A DNA stretch of 32,000 bases from the NCBI RefSeq assembly GCF_000284455.1, contig NC_017039.1, positions 2,130,001-2,162,000 of the forward strand, read 5' to 3'. A program made the position numbers and the translations under genes. Position 1 is the stretch's first letter, and the number at the start of each line of letters is the position of its first letter. The stretch is from Synechocystis sp. PCC 6803 substr. PCC-P (GTDB lineage: Bacteria; Cyanobacteriota; Cyanobacteriia; Cyanobacteriales; Microcystaceae). Shown one piece after another: positions 20,759 through 30,400 of this stretch. The notes under the pieces are model-generated. The model was not told the origin of the DNA, searched no databases, and was given only the letters and a program-made list of their open reading frames with translations.

Positions 20759-21760
20759 ATGCTTAAGATGCTCAAGAATTTACCTCTACCCAAAAATATT
20801 ACCTGGCGATCGGTCTGGATGCGGGGCACTTCAGTGGTAATTATTTTTGTCCTGGCCTTTACCCTAGTTTTTACCCCCACCTTTGAAGCTGAAGCTCGCC
20901 GGAGTGGTGGCCGCATTGGTGGTGGCTCCTTCCGAGCCCCTAGTGCCCCCAGTCGTAGTTACAGCGGTCCTAGTGGTGGCTCCTATCGTTCCGGTGGAAC
21001 CTATGGTGGTGGTGGCTTTGGTTTTCCCTTCATCATTCCTTTTTTTGGCTTTGGTGGGGGATTCGGCGGCATCTTTGGCATTTTAGTGATGATTGCGATC
21101 GCCAACGTAGTTATCAATGCCATCCGTAATGGTGGTGGCAGCAGTGGTGAAGGGGGCGGTGGCCTGGCGGCCAGCAGCGATCCCCAAGTGGGCATTGCCC
21201 AAATTCAGGTGGGGTTACTGGCCAGTGCCAAGGAATTGAAAAAAGAACTGGATGAATTGGCCCTGTCTGCTGATACTGGCACTGCCAATGGTCGTTCCCT
21301 AGTGCTCCAGGAAGCTACTTTAGCTCTGCTCCGCCATCCTGAATATTGGGTTTATGGATCTAGTCAGAGTGACAAGGTGCGCTTGAGTGCTGCTGAGGCT
21401 GCCTTTAATCAATTAGCTCTCACCGAACGGAGTAAGTTTACCGACGAAACCCTGAGCAACTTTAACAATCAGCTACGTCAAGGGGGAAGGGCAACCGCCA
21501 TTGGTGGAGATAGTCCCGATGCAGTTCCCGATGGTGCGGGAGAATATATTCTGGTGACCATTATTGCCGCAGCCTTGGGCAATTTGAACTTGCCGGCAGT
21601 GAATGATTCCAGTCAGTTAAAACAATCCTTGCAAACTTTGGGCGGTATTAGTAGCGATCGCCTGTTGGCCATTGAGGTGCTCTGGACGCCCCAAGAAGAA
21701 GGGGATACCCTCACCAGCAACGACATTATCAGCGAATATCCAGAACTCAGGCTGGTGTAG
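20759..21760 (+). CDS. Membrane protein with a Gly-rich N-terminal region and a DUF1517-like C-terminal domain
   Basis: An N-terminal TM segment is followed by an RSGGRIGGGSFR...GGGFGFPFI Gly-rich repeat, a second TM segment and a roughly 200-aa soluble domain. The family name is from memory. Confidence 0.65.
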   Translation: MLKMLKNLPLPKNITWRSVWMRGTSVVIIFVLAFTLVFTPTFEAEARRSGGRIGGGSFRAPSAPSRSYSGPSGGSYRSGGTYGGGGFGFPFIIPFFGFGGGFGGIFGILVMIAIANVVINAIRNGGGSSGEGGGGLAASSDPQVGIAQIQVGLLASAKELKKELDELALSADTGTANGRSLVLQEATLALLRHPEYWVYGSSQSDKVRLSAAEAAFNQLALTERSKFTDETLSNFNNQLRQGGRATAIGGDSPDAVPDGAGEYILVTIIAAALGNLNLPAVNDSSQLKQSLQTLGGISSDRLLAIEVLWTPQEEGDTLTSNDIISEYPELRLV

Positions 21761-22031
21761 TGGTGGGAGCGATTCCTTGCCCATAGCCAAAAAATACATA
21801 TTTGAGTGAGCCTGGGGAACTTTGCCTGGGCTTTCTTTTTTGGGCAAAATTTATCCAGAATATGCCGGGGAAAACTTTTTGCCTCTGGGGGAATGGGTCT
21901 AATGCCATAATTTTCGGGGCAAGGGAGCAAGGGCAATTTCCAACAGGCGCCCGGCAAAAAAGGTAATAATCAGAGCAGTTACCCCGCCGTCCATGGCTTG
22001 GTGGCCATAGTTTTCCCCGTAGCTTGTAACC

Positions 22032-22325
22032 ATGATTCCCTTTGCTTCCCAAACCTCCTCCCTCGTCAGTCACCCCGAACTTTCTGCCCTAGAACTGGCC
22101 CAGGCCCTAGCGGAAAGATTGGCGATCGCCCCCCAGGATTGGCATCGTTTAAAGGGTAATCGTCAAGCCCAGGCCGGACAAGAATTGGCAGCGGCATTGG
22201 TGTATCTACTCAAAGATAATCCCCAGGAAGCCTTAACCCATGTGCAACAGGCAGAAGGTTGGTTAGACCGCAGTTTGAGTGCGCCTCCCTGTCCGACCCA
22301 CGGCAATCGGTCTCAAAAAGCCTAG
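22032..22325 (+). CDS. Hypothetical protein (97 aa)
   Basis: ORF with native composition and an internal HIP1 site. No domain recognised. Confidence 0.45.
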   Translation: MIPFASQTSSLVSHPELSALELAQALAERLAIAPQDWHRLKGNRQAQAGQELAAALVYLLKDNPQEALTHVQQAEGWLDRSLSAPPCPTHGNRSQKA

Positions 22326-22342
22326 GTTTTTCCAGAATAATT

Positions 22343-22999
22343 TTAGTGCTGCAAAATTGCTAGGGCGTCCAACTGAGCCCTTAACTGGGCAACTTTGGCC
22401 ACATCCTTATCCGCCGGGCCCTGTTCCACGCCACTGGAAAGGTCAATGCCGTCAGGCTGGAGTAAATTTAAGGCTTCTTGAACATTGCTAGGAGTTAATC
22501 CCCCCGCCAACCACCAGGGCAGGGGCGGCCGAAACTGCTGTAGCTTTTGCCAGGGTAGGGTTTGCCCAGTACCTCCCAATTGTTCTGGATGGTAAGCGTC
22601 GAGCAGGAGGACATCCACGGCATTGTAATAGGCTTCAGCCCGTTCTAAATCTGCCGATCGCCGGAGTCGGAGAGCTTTGATCAATCGGTGTTGGGGAAAT
22701 GCTTGTTTAACCTGGCGGCAAAAGTCGGGGCTTTCATCGCCGTGGAGTTGGATACCGTTCAGACTAGTTTGGGCTAAAAATTCCCCCAGTTTAGGGAGGG
22801 AAACATTGGCAAATACTCCGATCGCCGATCGCTTGTTATGGGCAGTTAAGCTTTGCAAAACCAGTTCAATTTCCCTGGAGCTGACGTAACGGGAAGAAGC
22901 TTCCACACAAATAAATCCCAGGGTGGTGAATCCCAAAGCGGCGATCGCCTGGGCTTGGGCAGGATGGCGTAAACCGCAAATTTTTACCTCCATGGCCAT
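22343..22999 (-). CDS. trpF: N-(5'-phosphoribosyl)anthranilate isomerase
   Basis: Starts with VKICGL, and carries GIQLHGDESP and LAGGLTPSNV motifs typical of TrpF. Confidence 0.9.
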   Translation of the reverse strand: MAMEVKICGLRHPAQAQAIAALGFTTLGFICVEASSRYVSSREIELVLQSLTAHNKRSAIGVFANVSLPKLGEFLAQTSLNGIQLHGDESPDFCRQVKQAFPQHRLIKALRLRRSADLERAEAYYNAVDVLLLDAYHPEQLGGTGQTLPWQKLQQFRPPLPWWLAGGLTPSNVQEALNLLQPDGIDLSSGVEQGPADKDVAKVAQLRAQLDALAILQH

Positions 23000-23064
23000 A
23001 GGGCAAATTTCCTGGGGATTTTAGGTTGAATAGTGAATAAACAGATGGAAATGTTCTAAATTTT

Positions 23065-23093
23065 AGGAAAATTGTTGAAATAGGCTCAACAAT
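23065..23093 (-). terminator. Possible intrinsic terminator after the DMT transporter gene
   Basis: A perfect 8-bp inverted repeat, ATTGTTGA (23071-78) and TCAACAAT (23086-93), has a 7-nt loop. On the minus strand it is followed by TTTT. The stem is AT-rich and therefore weak. Confidence 0.4.
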
Positions 23094-23099
23094 CGCAAA

Positions 23100-24092
23100 T
23101 TAATCGTTAATTACGGGTTTACGAACCAAACTCCAAATGTCTCGCAGTTGTATCTTTAACTGCTCCCGCTGGTTGATTAAATAAATACTCACCAACGTAA
23201 AAGCAACCCCTAACCACTGCAGAGAGCTAAGTTGTTCCTCCAAAATCAAGTTACTAAAGCTGAGGGCAAAAATGGGCGTTAAAAAAGTCAGGGAACTCAA
23301 GCTAGTCAAATTGCCCTTAGATGCAAGGTAGAAAAAAATGCCGTAGGCAATGGCACTGCCAAACACTGTTGCATAGGCGAGATTGCCCCAACCCCAGAGG
23401 TCAATGTTCTGCCAAGGTTCAGAATCTTGCACCAAGGCGATCGCCAACAGGGGCAAACCACCAATGATCATATGCCACCCCGTAGCTACCACCGGGTCCA
23501 CCCGACGACTAACAAAGGGAATCAGCACTGTGCCCACCGCCATGGAGAGGGACGCCAACAACATCCACAGTTCCCCGCTACTACCGAGGGCGGAACCACT
23601 CCAATTAATGCTTAAACCCTGGAGATGCCAAAGCTGATAAAACCATTCATCCGGCAGCCCAATTAGGCTAATGCCTCCCACCCCTAGTAAGAGTCCCAGC
23701 CAGCCAATGCCGCCAATTACTTCTTTAAATAACCAACTGGAAAGTAATGCCACGGCGATCGGTTGGGAATCAATAATCACTGAGCCCAAGCCTGCCCCTG
23801 TGCGCTCCAACCCCTGGGCTAAAAATCCTTGAAAAAGAGTACCGTCCACCAGGGCAAATAAAATAATCCAGCCCCAGCCCTGCCAATTCTGGGGTTGGGG
23901 ACGTTTCTGTCCCATGGCCCAGAGCAAGACTAAGATTCCGGCTGGTATGAGGCGCACCGTTGCCACAAAAAAAGGCGTGGTATCTGCCAGAACCCCCTTC
24001 ATGGCCACCATGGCCGTTCCCCAAAGGAAAAAAGGCGCAATTAGGGTTAACCCAGAACGGATGTTGGTATTTGTTTTTGATTCAATTTGCAT
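23100..24092 (-). CDS. DMT-superfamily transporter with two EamA domains
   Basis: About 10 predicted TM helices in a duplicated EamA-like arrangement, 330 aa. Confidence 0.85.
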   Translation of the reverse strand: MQIESKTNTNIRSGLTLIAPFFLWGTAMVAMKGVLADTTPFFVATVRLIPAGILVLLWAMGQKRPQPQNWQGWGWIILFALVDGTLFQGFLAQGLERTGAGLGSVIIDSQPIAVALLSSWLFKEVIGGIGWLGLLLGVGGISLIGLPDEWFYQLWHLQGLSINWSGSALGSSGELWMLLASLSMAVGTVLIPFVSRRVDPVVATGWHMIIGGLPLLAIALVQDSEPWQNIDLWGWGNLAYATVFGSAIAYGIFFYLASKGNLTSLSSLTFLTPIFALSFSNLILEEQLSSLQWLGVAFTLVSIYLINQREQLKIQLRDIWSLVRKPVIND

Positions 24093-24284
24093 TGGCGGGG
24101 GGGTAATGGAGCAGGTATGGCCATCCTCCCATTGTATGTATAGTTTTGTTACAAAGCTATGGCCAAGGCAATAGTTGATATCACCATGGCAATATTTGCC
24201 AAATTTAGGGTCAATGGTAACATAGAACTATTACGCAACTGGCGCCTTTCATTACTTTCTTGAAACTCTCGAATAATTTATAGC

Positions 24285-24307
24285 AAAAAGGGGCAGACCT
24301 ATGCCCC
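24285..24307 (-). terminator. Rho-independent terminator after the ABA4-like gene
   Basis: GGGGCA (24290-95), a gaccta loop and TGCCCC (24302-07). On the minus strand this GC-rich hairpin is followed by TTTTT (complement of 24285-89), 17 nt after the stop. Confidence 0.6.
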
Positions 24308-24323
24308 GATGTATTATATGCGA

Positions 24324-24788
24324 TTAACCAATCTCCGTTTGGGGCGTTTCCATTGTCGAGTCATTCCCCTTGCCCCATTGTTTAGTAATGGCCGCCGTGA
24401 GCAGATGGGACAACAGACCAATGGGCCCAGCGAATAAACATAAAATGAGGGAATGTACCGTCCAAACCCCAGTTTCTCGCCCCTGCCAATAAATCCAGCG
24501 ACCCACAAACAAATCCATCACCAGATAGTGGACCCAACCCACAGCCATAATTTTTTCGTCAGCAAAAGCTTGGGCAATAACGGACAACTCCGGACTGGCC
24601 AACGCCGCCGCCGATTCGGACCCCAAGGAACCGATAAATAAAAATAGATAAACCGCAGCTAAAATGGCGATGGGGAGCAGGGACTTCATCACTTTTTCCG
24701 TCCATTGCCACCGTGGCAGTAGAATCATCAAGCCCCAAAACGGCAACACAAACACATTGCTGAGATTAAAAAGTAGTTCAGTAGCCAT
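24324..24788 (-). CDS. ABA4-like/DUF4281-family membrane protein
   Basis: Four-TM small membrane protein. The opening MATELLFNLSNVFVLPFWGLMILLP matches the family's N-terminal pattern as I recall it. I prefer the ATG at 24788; the track ORF extends to 24827. Confidence 0.65.
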   Translation of the reverse strand: MATELLFNLSNVFVLPFWGLMILLPRWQWTEKVMKSLLPIAILAAVYLFLFIGSLGSESAAALASPELSVIAQAFADEKIMAVGWVHYLVMDLFVGRWIYWQGRETGVWTVHSLILCLFAGPIGLLSHLLTAAITKQWGKGNDSTMETPQTEIG

Positions 24789-24941
24789 TTTCAATAACAG
24801 TTGCTTACCAACAACTCGACAGAACAATTTAGAGTATAAAAGAATTTACAGAATCATGCCGAGTAGGCAGTCCCTTAAAGTAACAGGTAAGTGTTTATTA
24901 AGTTCTGTCGCTAAGGAAAAATTCAACCATTTGAGTAAGCT

Positions 24942-25217
24942 ATGCTACAAGATATTGTTGCTGTTAACCCTCTCAAAAACTACAAGCTTTATTTACGCTT
25001 TGAAGATAATCAAGATGGAATAGTTGATATTCAAAAACAAATTGAATTTACAGGTGTATTTGAGCCACTTAAAGACCTTGAATATTTTGCTCAAGTCAAA
25101 ATCAATCCGGAACTTGGAACTATTCAATGACCCAATGGAGCCGATTTAGACCCCGATGTGCTGTATGAAGTAATTACCCGATCGCCGTCTCCAAGCCCCC
25201 TAAATCTTGAAGTTTAA
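24942..25217 (+). pseudogene. DUF2442-family gene interrupted by an in-frame TGA (62 codons, stop, then 28 further in-frame codons)
   Basis: Reads ...KINPELGTIQ*PNGADLDPDVLYEVI.... The family consensus at this point is G-x-I/L-x-W-P-N-G-x-D-L-D-P-x-x-LY, so the TGA at 25128-25130 occupies the position of the conserved Trp (TGG). Confidence 0.55.
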
Positions 25218-25268
25218 GGAAGGGGAAAAAGACTTTTAACTAAACCTAAACCAGCTTATGATTAAGCC

Positions 25269-26297
25269 ATGGAAAAGCTTACCATCACTCGACCCGACGA
25301 CTGGCACCTGCATCTACGGGATGGAGCGGCCCTGAAAGCAGTTCTACCCCACACTGTCCGTCAATTTGCTAGGGCGATCGTCATGCCCAATTTGAAGCCT
25401 CCGGTGCGTTCCGTGGCTGATGCCGCCGCCTATCGGGAAAGGATTCTCGCCGCCATACCTGCGGGAGGCCAGTTTGAACCGCTGATGACCCTTTATCTAA
25501 CGGATAATACTAATCCCGAAGAAATTATTGCGGCCAAAGCATCCCAGTTTGTTAAAGCAGTAAAATACTATCCCGCTGGAGCCACCACCAATTCTGACTT
25601 TGGCGTCACGGATATCCATCGATGTGATGCAGTGTTGGCAGCCATGGAACAGGTGGACTTGCCCCTATTACTCCACGGCGAAGTAACGGACAGTAATATT
25701 GATATTTTCGACCGAGAAAAAGTATTCATTGAAAAATATTTAATTCCTCTCAGGGAAAAATTTCCCCGGCTGCGGGTAGTGCTGGAACATATTACTACTT
25801 CAGATGCAGTGCAATTTGTTTTATCTGCTAATAATATTGCAGCCACTATTACGCCCCAACATTTACTATTTAGTCGCAACGCTTTATTCAAAGGTGGCAT
25901 TTGTCCCCACTTTTATTGCCTGCCAATTCTGAAGCGGGAAGAACATCGTTTATCATTGCTACACGCGGCCACATCTGGTAATCCTAAATTTTTTCTCGGC
26001 ACTGATAGTGCTCCCCACGCTCGCAATAGTAAAGAGAGTTTATGTGGCTGTGCTGGTTGCTATTCTGCCCTCCATGCTATGGAGCTATATGCCGAAGCTT
26101 TTGAAAGTGTTAATTCCCTGGATAAGCTAGAAGCCTTTGCTAGCTTTTATGGCCCAGATTTTTACCAATTGCCCCGTAATACAGCACAAATTACGTTGAT
26201 GAAAAACCCTTGGCGTATTCCTGCTGAATTACCTTTCCCTGAATCTGGATTGGTGCCTCTGCGGGCCGGCGAGGAAATAACTTGGCAAATGGTGTGA
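25269..26297 (+). CDS. pyrC: Dihydroorotase (class II, E. coli type)
   Basis: [12 protein letters not shown] metal-binding motif, VMPNL, and GTDSAPH near the C-terminus. 342 aa. Confidence 0.95.
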   Translation: MEKLTITRPDDWHLHLRDGAALKAVLPHTVRQFARAIVMPNLKPPVRSVADAAAYRERILAAIPAGGQFEPLMTLYLTDNTNPEEIIAAKASQFVKAVKYYPAGATTNSDFGVTDIHRCDAVLAAMEQVDLPLLLHGEVTDSNIDIFDREKVFIEKYLIPLREKFPRLRVVLEHITTSDAVQFVLSANNIAATITPQHLLFSRNALFKGGICPHFYCLPILKREEHRLSLLHAATSGNPKFFLGTDSAPHARNSKESLCGCAGCYSALHAMELYAEAFESVNSLDKLEAFASFYGPDFYQLPRNTAQITLMKNPWRIPAELPFPESGLVPLRAGEEITWQMV

Positions 26298-26369
26298 TCC
26301 AAACGGGTAAAGTGGAGTGAAAATTATTAATAGTAATTACATGAATTTGCTTTTTATTGAGTCACAATC

Positions 26370-27182
26370 ATGACATACTTTGCCAGCGACTTTCAAGACT
26401 TAGATAACTCTGGAAACATTGAAAACTTTATCCGTTGTCTGGAATTGCAACAGTCACTGGACTTGTATAAATATTACAAACAAAAAACGTTTGAGAAAAT
26501 GCAGTTAAAGCCCGGTGATTCAGTGCTGGAAGTGGGATGTGGCACTGGCAATGATGCCCTTTTATTGGCTAATTATGTAGGGGAAACGGGTAAAGTTACA
26601 GCGGTGGATCGTAGTCAATTTATGCTTGACCAGGCAAGAGAGCGGGCAAAAAATTCCACCACTAAGTTTGAATTTGTTTTAGCTGATGCAGAGCAATTAC
26701 CTTTTCCCGGTGCTAATTTCACTGCGGCTAGGGTTGACCGCACTCTGCAACACATTGCCCAGCCCCAAAAGGCGATCGCCGAAATGGCCAGGGTTGTACA
26801 ATCTAATGGTTGGGTAGTGGCCTTTGAGCCGGACTGGGAAACGTTGGTCATCGATTCTGACCAGCGGGGCGTAACCCGTGCAATTACCAATTTTTGGTGT
26901 GATAACTTTCCTTCTGGCTGGGTGGGTCGCTATCTGTTTAAATACTTCCGGCAGGCGGGGCTAACTGATATTGCCGTTGACCCCATTACCATTTGCCTGA
27001 CTGAGTTTGAATTAGCTGATAAAATTTTGGACCTATCTCGGACGGTGGAAAAAATTAGCGAACAGGGAACAATCAGCCAAAATGATCTTACCCTTTGGTT
27101 CAAGGCGATTGACCAAAATGATCAAGCGGGAGAATTTTTCTGCGCTTTTACGGCATTTTTAGTTAGGGGCAGAAAGCCTTAG
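26370..27182 (+). CDS. Class I SAM-dependent methyltransferase (UbiE/COQ5-like)
   Basis: Motif I VLEVGCGTGND, then an acidic residue at the end of beta-2 (VTAVD) and DAEQLPF. Confidence 0.85.
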   Translation: MTYFASDFQDLDNSGNIENFIRCLELQQSLDLYKYYKQKTFEKMQLKPGDSVLEVGCGTGNDALLLANYVGETGKVTAVDRSQFMLDQARERAKNSTTKFEFVLADAEQLPFPGANFTAARVDRTLQHIAQPQKAIAEMARVVQSNGWVVAFEPDWETLVIDSDQRGVTRAITNFWCDNFPSGWVGRYLFKYFRQAGLTDIAVDPITICLTEFELADKILDLSRTVEKISEQGTISQNDLTLWFKAIDQNDQAGEFFCAFTAFLVRGRKP

Positions 27183-27446
27183 TTAGTTATTAGTATTAAA
27201 AATTAAAACTCCTGTATTTACCCGATTATTTGGCGGTGATGATTAACCATTAAGTAATATTACTAAGAATGATCATTTTCCCAACTGCTATGACTTGAAA
27301 ATTAGTGGTTTTCACTGTTGTTTCGCTATAATGACGGAGAGCAAAGAGGAAATCGGCGGAATAGTAACGTAATATCTCAGTATTGAGCAGTCAAGCCAAA
27401 TAAAAGCCATTGGTTTTGCCTATCTTCCCAGCAATTAATCGAACTT

Positions 27447-30400
27447 ATGACTATCAATTTGGCCGATCGCCTGTCTGCGCTCACCACAGATTCAGCAGGA
27501 ACGACCCATGTTGTGTGGGTGGAAAATACCAGTCTTTGGCACGCTGTCTATGATCCGAACTCCGCCATGTGGGTTAATGCCCAGGTGATCGCCAATGTGG
27601 GTAATCAATCCCTCACTAGTCTAAATTTAATCGCCAATGACAAGTTAATTCAGCCCCCTGGTAATAACAGTAACGCCGCTCCGGCCCCTGGTTTAGTGGT
27701 GGTTTATCAACAGGGCAGTGGCAATGACAGTGATATTTTTTACACCGCCGCTCGTTACAACTCCGGGGGCAGGACGGAATGGTTAAGCACTCCCCAGGCC
27801 CTAACTTCAGACCAAGTGGGAGATTTGGCCCCCAGGGCGATCGCCGAAGAAAATGGCACAGTGCTTGTAGTAGGGCAAAAAGTTGATGCAGAGCAAGCTA
27901 AAAACCAAGCCATCCGAGAGGATACAGATCTCTATTATCAAAGTTTTACAGTCAACCAAAATCAATTTAGCAGTAATCAAAATTCCCCTGCTAGCGGCAA
28001 TATTATCCAGGGAAATTCCTACAATTATTTAGGTCGTAATCGCAATGCCCCTGCCGCCAGTTATGAAGTTCTTAGTGCAGGGGAAGCAAGCTTTCTTGGC
28101 AACAAACCTACCTATCAAGGATTAGGATTAAATTGGAACGCATCCAATGAATTTAATATTAATGCCCTTTCACTTATTCTTGCTAAAAAATTAGGACAAG
28201 AACCAGAGAAAGTTTTAAAAAGCATGTTCGGCCCTCTAATTTTATCTATCTCTTTGCAGGGTTCATCGGGCAATAATCCCGAATGGAGTTTGTTTGGGGG
28301 CGGTGAATCAACCAAAGGGAGGTTACTACTGAATTCCCTGGCTACCGTAGGGAGAAAACAAAGACGGAATGTTGGCAATAGCGAGGATAGTAATCGTTTT
28401 GATAAATGGAGAAGTCAGGGAAGAGGTGCACTTTCTCCGGATTCTCAAGAAGGGTTTGATTTATCCTTTACGTTGTCTTCTCTGTATAGCTATGGCAACA
28501 GTAATGGTAATTCTGACGGTAAATTTCCCCTTTATTTGGAAACTGGAGGAGCATTAGCTAGTTTAGCGGGGTCTATTCCTTTATTTGGTTTTGATGATAT
28601 CTTAAATCGTGGTCTAAATTTTAACTTCGGCTTATTTTTTAATGCCGGTGTAGCTCTGCAATGGCAGGTTGCCCCAAAAGATCCCGGTAATTATTTTCCC
28701 CTATTAGCTCCATACCTTGATTTAAGCGGTAACACAGACCGTTTATTTATTACCGATGGTTTTTACAATGCTTTACCGACCTATTCTGAAGTAACAGCAG
28801 CTCTAGCTTTACTGTCTAATCTGGAAGCGGCCTTTGCTTCCATTGATCAAAATAGTTCTGTAGAGCTGGAATCTTTACTGGTGGGAATTCCTGTTACATT
28901 AGGCTTTGAAGGAACCCTTGAAATTCCCTTTATTTTTAAGCTATTTGGTTCCATTGGCTTCTTTGCTGATGGTACTTTTACTATCAAAGGAGATACTCCC
29001 TCTTCCATTACCATTGGTGCTCCTTTCAATCTTACTGTCAGTCTGCTTGGTCTTATTGGTGCTAGGATTGCAGGATTTCCCACTTGGACGCAAACATTTG
29101 CTGCTTCTTCATCTCAAAATAACCAAACTGGGCTGGAAGCGAATAATACTGCTAGTGTTGATGGCTTTTTGCTCACCATTAATCTTGCTCAATTCCTGGA
29201 GCCTAATCTTAGTCTTAATCCCACAGACTTTACTGTCACCGTTACCAACGCCAATGGTCAAATTTCCACTATTCCTGTGTTTGGAGTGGTGGTTCAAACT
29301 GATAGCCAAAGTAACAACAGTGAAGTTATTTTACGACTAGAGCAGGAAATCCCCTACACCACCGTAAATGGCCAGCCTTTTTCCAATATTATTGTTAAGT
29401 ACAGTGGCAATCAATTAGGTAACTTTACCAGTAGTCCCGTTGCCCTTCAATCTCCCGACACTCTAATTTATACCTATAATCCCACCAGTGGTACAGGAAA
29501 TGACTACACCCAAAATAATCAACAGATTACTATTGCTTTTAACGGTCCACTAGACCCGGATATTCTGCCTACTGAGAATCAATTACTCAATTGGTTTGCG
29601 GTCACCAACAGCAGTAATCAAGCCATTGCTATCACTGATGTAGCGGTCAATCAAAGCAGAATTGTTTTAACCCTTGCTTCCAATACCGCCATTAACCCTG
29701 GTGAAATCTATACTGTCCAGTACAATCCTGATGCCAATAGTGACCAACAACTTAAAGCTGCCAATCAGAAAACTATCACAGCTTTTACCGTTAGTAATGG
29801 CACTGCTCCCACTGCCTGGGGGTTGATTAATCGTACCTTTGCCGGTGTTATCAATGTCCAAACCCAACCGGTACTGAGTAATTTAACCAGTGACTTTGCC
29901 CAGGACACTTCCCCCGCCTTAGCCCTCACCAGTCAGGGGGACATCTTATTAGCTTGGAGTAGTGACACCCCTCCCATTACTCCCATTTCCGTTTTAGCAG
30001 AAGGCGATTATCTTTACCTTGTCTTTGCCGATAATCTCAAAAATGACTCGGCTAATCCCCCCAGTAACTCCCAATTTACGATTAAAACTAGCGATGGGAA
30101 TACCACTACTCCCACCAACGTTTCCCTAGCCCAAAATACCATTACCCTAACCCTGACTAATTCTGTTAATGCTAGCCAAATTGTTGAAGTTAGTTATAGC
30201 TTAAGCGGGACTAATCTCACTTCTAATCTGTATCTGGCTGATGCCACAAATACAAGCTTTTGGGTTCCTGATTTCACCAACTCTGTTCAATCCGCTGGCA
30301 GTACTAGTACTGCTCCCACCAGTTTGTTAGGGTCGGTAATTTCTAACCTGATCACCATTCCCTTCAATCAGACCCTAAACGTCAATCAAATTCCCAATGG

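Noticed and set aside
20883-21195. Val/Pro-rich and Pro-rich ORFs overlapping the Gly-rich part of the DUF1517-like gene.
   Set aside because: They are frame-shifted or antisense readings of a GGT/GGC-rich low-complexity tract, which is an artefact of the repeat.
24138-24152. GTA-N9-TAC upstream of the DMT transporter gene.
   Set aside because: The spacer is 9 rather than 8 nt, so it does not fit the NtcA consensus.
24664-25023. A 119-aa plus-strand ORF spanning the antisense of the ABA4-like gene and the start of the DUF2442 gene.
   Set aside because: Most of it is antisense shadow. Only its 24856-24941 portion might be a DUF4160 remnant, which is covered in the findings.
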